Positions 26,960 through 29,360 of a stretch of 29,360 bases of DNA are shown in pieces. The first letter of the stretch is position 1; every line of letters starts with the position of its first letter. Source of the stretch: a virus. Its lineage: Duplodnaviria; Caudoviricetes. Under the pieces are notes generated by a model. That model made no database searches and was not told where the DNA came from. It saw nothing but the letters and a program-made list of their open reading frames with translations. Location of the stretch: IMG/VR virus record IMGVR_UViG_3300035396_000245, positions 1 through 29,360 of that record; one strand, written 5' to 3'. Both the position numbers and the translations under genes were made by a program.

Positions 26960-27128
26960 TTATATTACAATTCAAGATCTAGCGGATAAATTAGAGGTAT
27001 CTAAATCTACGGTTGATAGGTGGATTGCTACTAAAGTTATAACTAAAAGGCGTAGGTTTGGTTTAGTATATCTTTACAAACTTGATGAGGTTAAAAAAGA
27101 AGTAAAAAAGTATGTCGATTCTATTTGA
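26946..27128 (+). CDS. Helix-turn-helix DNA-binding protein (Xis/MerR-like)
   Basis: 60 aa: YITIQDLADKLEVSKSTVDRWIA followed by a basic wing (KRRRFG..Y). RBS GGAGG. Confidence 0.8.
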   Translation: MEIGDYITIQDLADKLEVSKSTVDRWIATKVITKRRRFGLVYLYKLDEVKKEVKKYVDSI

Positions 27129-28347
27129 CTTCCAAAAAGAAGATGTAAACAAAGTTTGCGATATCCTAGCCGCCAATAACCGAGCGGCTATTTTCTCAAC
27201 TGTAGGTACTGGCAAGAGTTTGATAGCATTAGAAGTATCTAAGAGAATAGCCAAGCTTAACACGTTAATCATTTGCCCTTCTTTTCTTAGGAACAATTGG
27301 GCATTGGAAATTAAGAAGCATTATAGCCAAGATGCTATTGTTTATCCTAAACAGCCCAATCCTAAATGCAATTATTACATAATCAACTATGAGAATTTAG
27401 CTAAGATTAAAGACTTATCTTACTTTGATTGTCTGATAATAGATGAAACTCAGTATATTAAGAATCATAAAACCATTAGAGCCAAGCAAGCATGGAAGAT
27501 TATTAACACCATTAAATACACGATACTTTTAACAGGTACTCCAATATCAAAAGGCATTGTAGACTTCTACATGTACGCTAAAATACTAAGTAAAAGCTAT
27601 GCTAAAATGGACTATTGGACGTTTTGTAATCGGTATTCTAACATGGTTAAGAAGCGTTTAGGTAGTAGAGTTATCACCGATTTTCAAGGCATTAAGCAAG
27701 AAACATTACCAGAAATTAGAGCTATTCAATCTAAGTATACAATCCGCCGTAAATCTGAGGATGTGATCAAGCTTCCCTCTATGCAAGAGATTGAAATGCG
27801 AGTAGAGGTTAAGCCGATTAAAGTTGACGCTGAGAATACTTTCATGGCTTTTAAAGATTACATGGAACATCAAAGAATCAATGAACACCTAATGGCTTAC
27901 AAACGTGAGAATGCCATTTTGAAGGCTACAGCTACTTATGAATACGTTAATTCTATGTCTGAACCTGTGCTGATATTCAGCGACCATCCCGAGGCTGTAA
28001 AACGTATTTCGGAGGGGTTAGAGCTGGCTTCAGGAATCATCACAGGCGATACTCATCCATTGAAGCGTCAGGACATCGTAAATGACTTTGAAGCTGGTAA
28101 GATTAATATCATTGTGGCTTCAATTGGAGCACTATCCGAGGGTGTTAGTCTTCCGAGAGCTACCAAAGTTATATATAACGATTTCAATTATTCGCCGATT
28201 AAAATGGTACAATCCAAGGCCCGTGTTAGAAGGATTAACTCTCAGCACGCTGCTCAGTGTGCTTACATAGTATCCTCAGATCTTGACTCCAGAATACTTT
28301 CAATTATCAAGTCAAAACAAGATGATATCGCTAAAGTGATCCAATAG
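27112..28347 (+). CDS. SNF2-family (SF2) helicase/translocase
   Basis: LFDFQ Q-motif, Walker A GTGKS, LIICP, IINYE, Walker B IIDETQ, LLTGTP, EGVSL, motif VI QSKARVRRI. Confidence 0.88.
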   Translation: MSILFDFQKEDVNKVCDILAANNRAAIFSTVGTGKSLIALEVSKRIAKLNTLIICPSFLRNNWALEIKKHYSQDAIVYPKQPNPKCNYYIINYENLAKIKDLSYFDCLIIDETQYIKNHKTIRAKQAWKIINTIKYTILLTGTPISKGIVDFYMYAKILSKSYAKMDYWTFCNRYSNMVKKRLGSRVITDFQGIKQETLPEIRAIQSKYTIRRKSEDVIKLPSMQEIEMRVEVKPIKVDAENTFMAFKDYMEHQRINEHLMAYKRENAILKATATYEYVNSMSEPVLIFSDHPEAVKRISEGLELASGIITGDTHPLKRQDIVNDFEAGKINIIVASIGALSEGVSLPRATKVIYNDFNYSPIKMVQSKARVRRINSQHAAQCAYIVSSDLDSRILSIIKSKQDDIAKVIQ

Positions 28348-28351
28348 TAAA

Positions 28352-28387
28352 TAAACATTTGACAAATAGATGACAGATTGTTAAAAC
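28352..28387 (+). promoter_or_regulatory. Candidate internal promoter (repeat copy 2)
   Basis: TAAACATTTGACAAA; TTGACA - 17 nt - TAAAAC with TGn extended -10, upstream of RBS AAAGGAG. Confidence 0.55.
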
Positions 28388-28414
28388 TCTTTTGTTAACG
28401 AAAGGAGTTAATTT

Positions 28415-28669
28415 ATGGAGTTTATTGATGCAGTGAAAGAATGGTTATCTAGCCCCACTACTCGTAGGGTATGGAGAGGTGATGACATGGTTTTGGATTA
28501 CACTAAAGAAGGTGAAGACTTTCTAAAGTGTGACATGTTTATAGCGGTAGCGGGGTTATTTCAAGACTACCATGTTGAACAGTTAGAATCTGGCTGTAGT
28601 TGCGGCCATTTCTGTGAGAAATGTACAGGAACAGCTCATCAATTTCACGATTTGGAGGATAAGATATGA
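28415..28669 (+). CDS. Hypothetical protein with C-terminal Cys cluster
   Basis: 84 aa with CSCGHFCEKC; strong RBS AAAGGAG. Confidence 0.7.
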   Translation: MEFIDAVKEWLSSPTTRRVWRGDDMVLDYTKEGEDFLKCDMFIAVAGLFQDYHVEQLESGCSCGHFCEKCTGTAHQFHDLEDKI

Positions 28670-28779
28670 CTACAGAAGAAATGCTACAAAACTTAAATGA
28701 CGAGATTGCGGTAACAGAAGAACTTATGGCTACGATTAAGGCAATACTTGATATGGAAGAGGAGCAAGAATGTCATTAA
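28666..28779 (+). CDS. Hypothetical acidic helical microprotein (37 aa)
   Basis: Below the ORF-track cutoff: MTTEEMLQNLNDEIAVTEELMATIKAILDMEEEQECH*. RBS GGAGG and ATGA overlap; fills the gap before the resolvase. Confidence 0.7.
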   Translation: MTTEEMLQNLNDEIAVTEELMATIKAILDMEEEQECH

Positions 28780-29285
28780 TACTATCAATAGATCCGGGTT
28801 TAAAAGGAGGCCTTGTCGCCATAGATAATGGCGGCCAGATTATCAGGGCATTTCCGATGCCCGTAATCAAAGGCTCGAATGAACTGTCAATGATTGGCTT
28901 ATATGACTGCTTTTTGCAGTTTGTTAAAGCTAGGATTGTCATCGAAAAACAAGTGGGTATGCCCGGACAAAGCAGTACATCAACGCTTACGTCCGGCCAG
29001 AATTGGGGCAAGATTATCGGCATGATAAGCACATTACAACTATGCGACAACATGCGTGAATTTAGCATCGAGTATGTTCCTCCTGTCACATGGTCAAAGC
29101 ATTTACATAAGAATGTTTCATGTAAAGCAGATACACCAACCAAGGTTAAAACTGAGCTGGCTTTATTGCAAAAGTATGGCAAATTACCCCCTACTTTTTA
29201 CAATCGTAACGGTAAATTACATGATGGCATGGCAGATGCTTTAGGCATATGTCATTGGTATTTAGAAACACAAGTGAAAGGGTAA
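28770..29285 (+). CDS. RuvC-like Holliday junction resolvase
   Basis: LSIDPGLKGG, VIEKQ, VPPVTWSK, HDGMADAL: RuvC catalytic D/E/D/D arrangement. Confidence 0.85.
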   Translation: MSLILSIDPGLKGGLVAIDNGGQIIRAFPMPVIKGSNELSMIGLYDCFLQFVKARIVIEKQVGMPGQSSTSTLTSGQNWGKIIGMISTLQLCDNMREFSIEYVPPVTWSKHLHKNVSCKADTPTKVKTELALLQKYGKLPPTFYNRNGKLHDGMADALGICHWYLETQVKG

Positions 29286-29289
29286 TGAT

Positions 29290-29360
29290 ATGAATATTGA
29301 AGAACTAAAAACATTGCTAAGAAAACACCCTAATGTTATGCCAGAAACAGCAGTGGTACC
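29290..29360 (+). CDS. Hypothetical protein, N-terminal part (runs off window edge)
   Basis: ATG 29290 after GAAAGGG; MNIEELKTLLRKHPNVMPETAVV... open to the edge. Confidence 0.55.
   Translation, partial: MNIEELKTLLRKHPNVMPETAVV

Noticed and set aside
23888-29244. Minus-strand and alternate-frame ORFs inside replication genes (23888-24115, 24152-24349, 25753-25974, 27063-27296, 27706-27888, 28082-28270, 28736-29182, 29056-29244)
   Set aside because: They overlap genes with clear catalytic motifs and have no independent support.
1-29360. Stop-codon reassignment, introns/inteins, tRNA genes, reverse transcriptase/DGR
   Set aside because: Genes are intact and tightly packed in code 11, with TAA, TAG and TGA all used as stops. 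No split conserved genes, no cloverleaf in the few intergenic gaps, and no RT motif or long near-identical repeat pair was seen by eye.

Overview
A 29.4 kb AT-rich fragment of a tailed dsDNA phage genome (Caudoviricetes, podovirus-like: no tape-measure, sheath or tube gene is visible), read in the standard genetic code. It has two divergent arms. The minus strand (20429 -> <1) is the morphogenesis arm. In transcription order it carries a small membrane protein, probable TerS, TerL, a 128-aa protein, scaffold, decoration protein, major capsid protein, terminator, small virion proteins, head-tail adaptor, a 1268-aa nozzle with five repeated inserts, an unusually late-placed portal, four ejection-like proteins and fibre-like proteins. 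The plus strand (20656 -> >29360) carries three small early genes, each behind a hairpin plus RBS, then a ~490 bp control region, then a replication/recombination module: VapE-like helicase with no visible primase domain, atypical Leu762-type PolA, SSB-like protein, Cas4-like nuclease, HTH, SNF2 helicase and RuvC-like resolvase. The most unusual signals are in the 21547-22038 control region: a well-spaced sigma54 (-24/-12) motif facing left, and face-to-face sigma70-like promoters flanking an antisense terminator that overlaps the helicase leader. All protein calls come from motifs and gene context read by eye; no database search was run, and the host is not determinable here.
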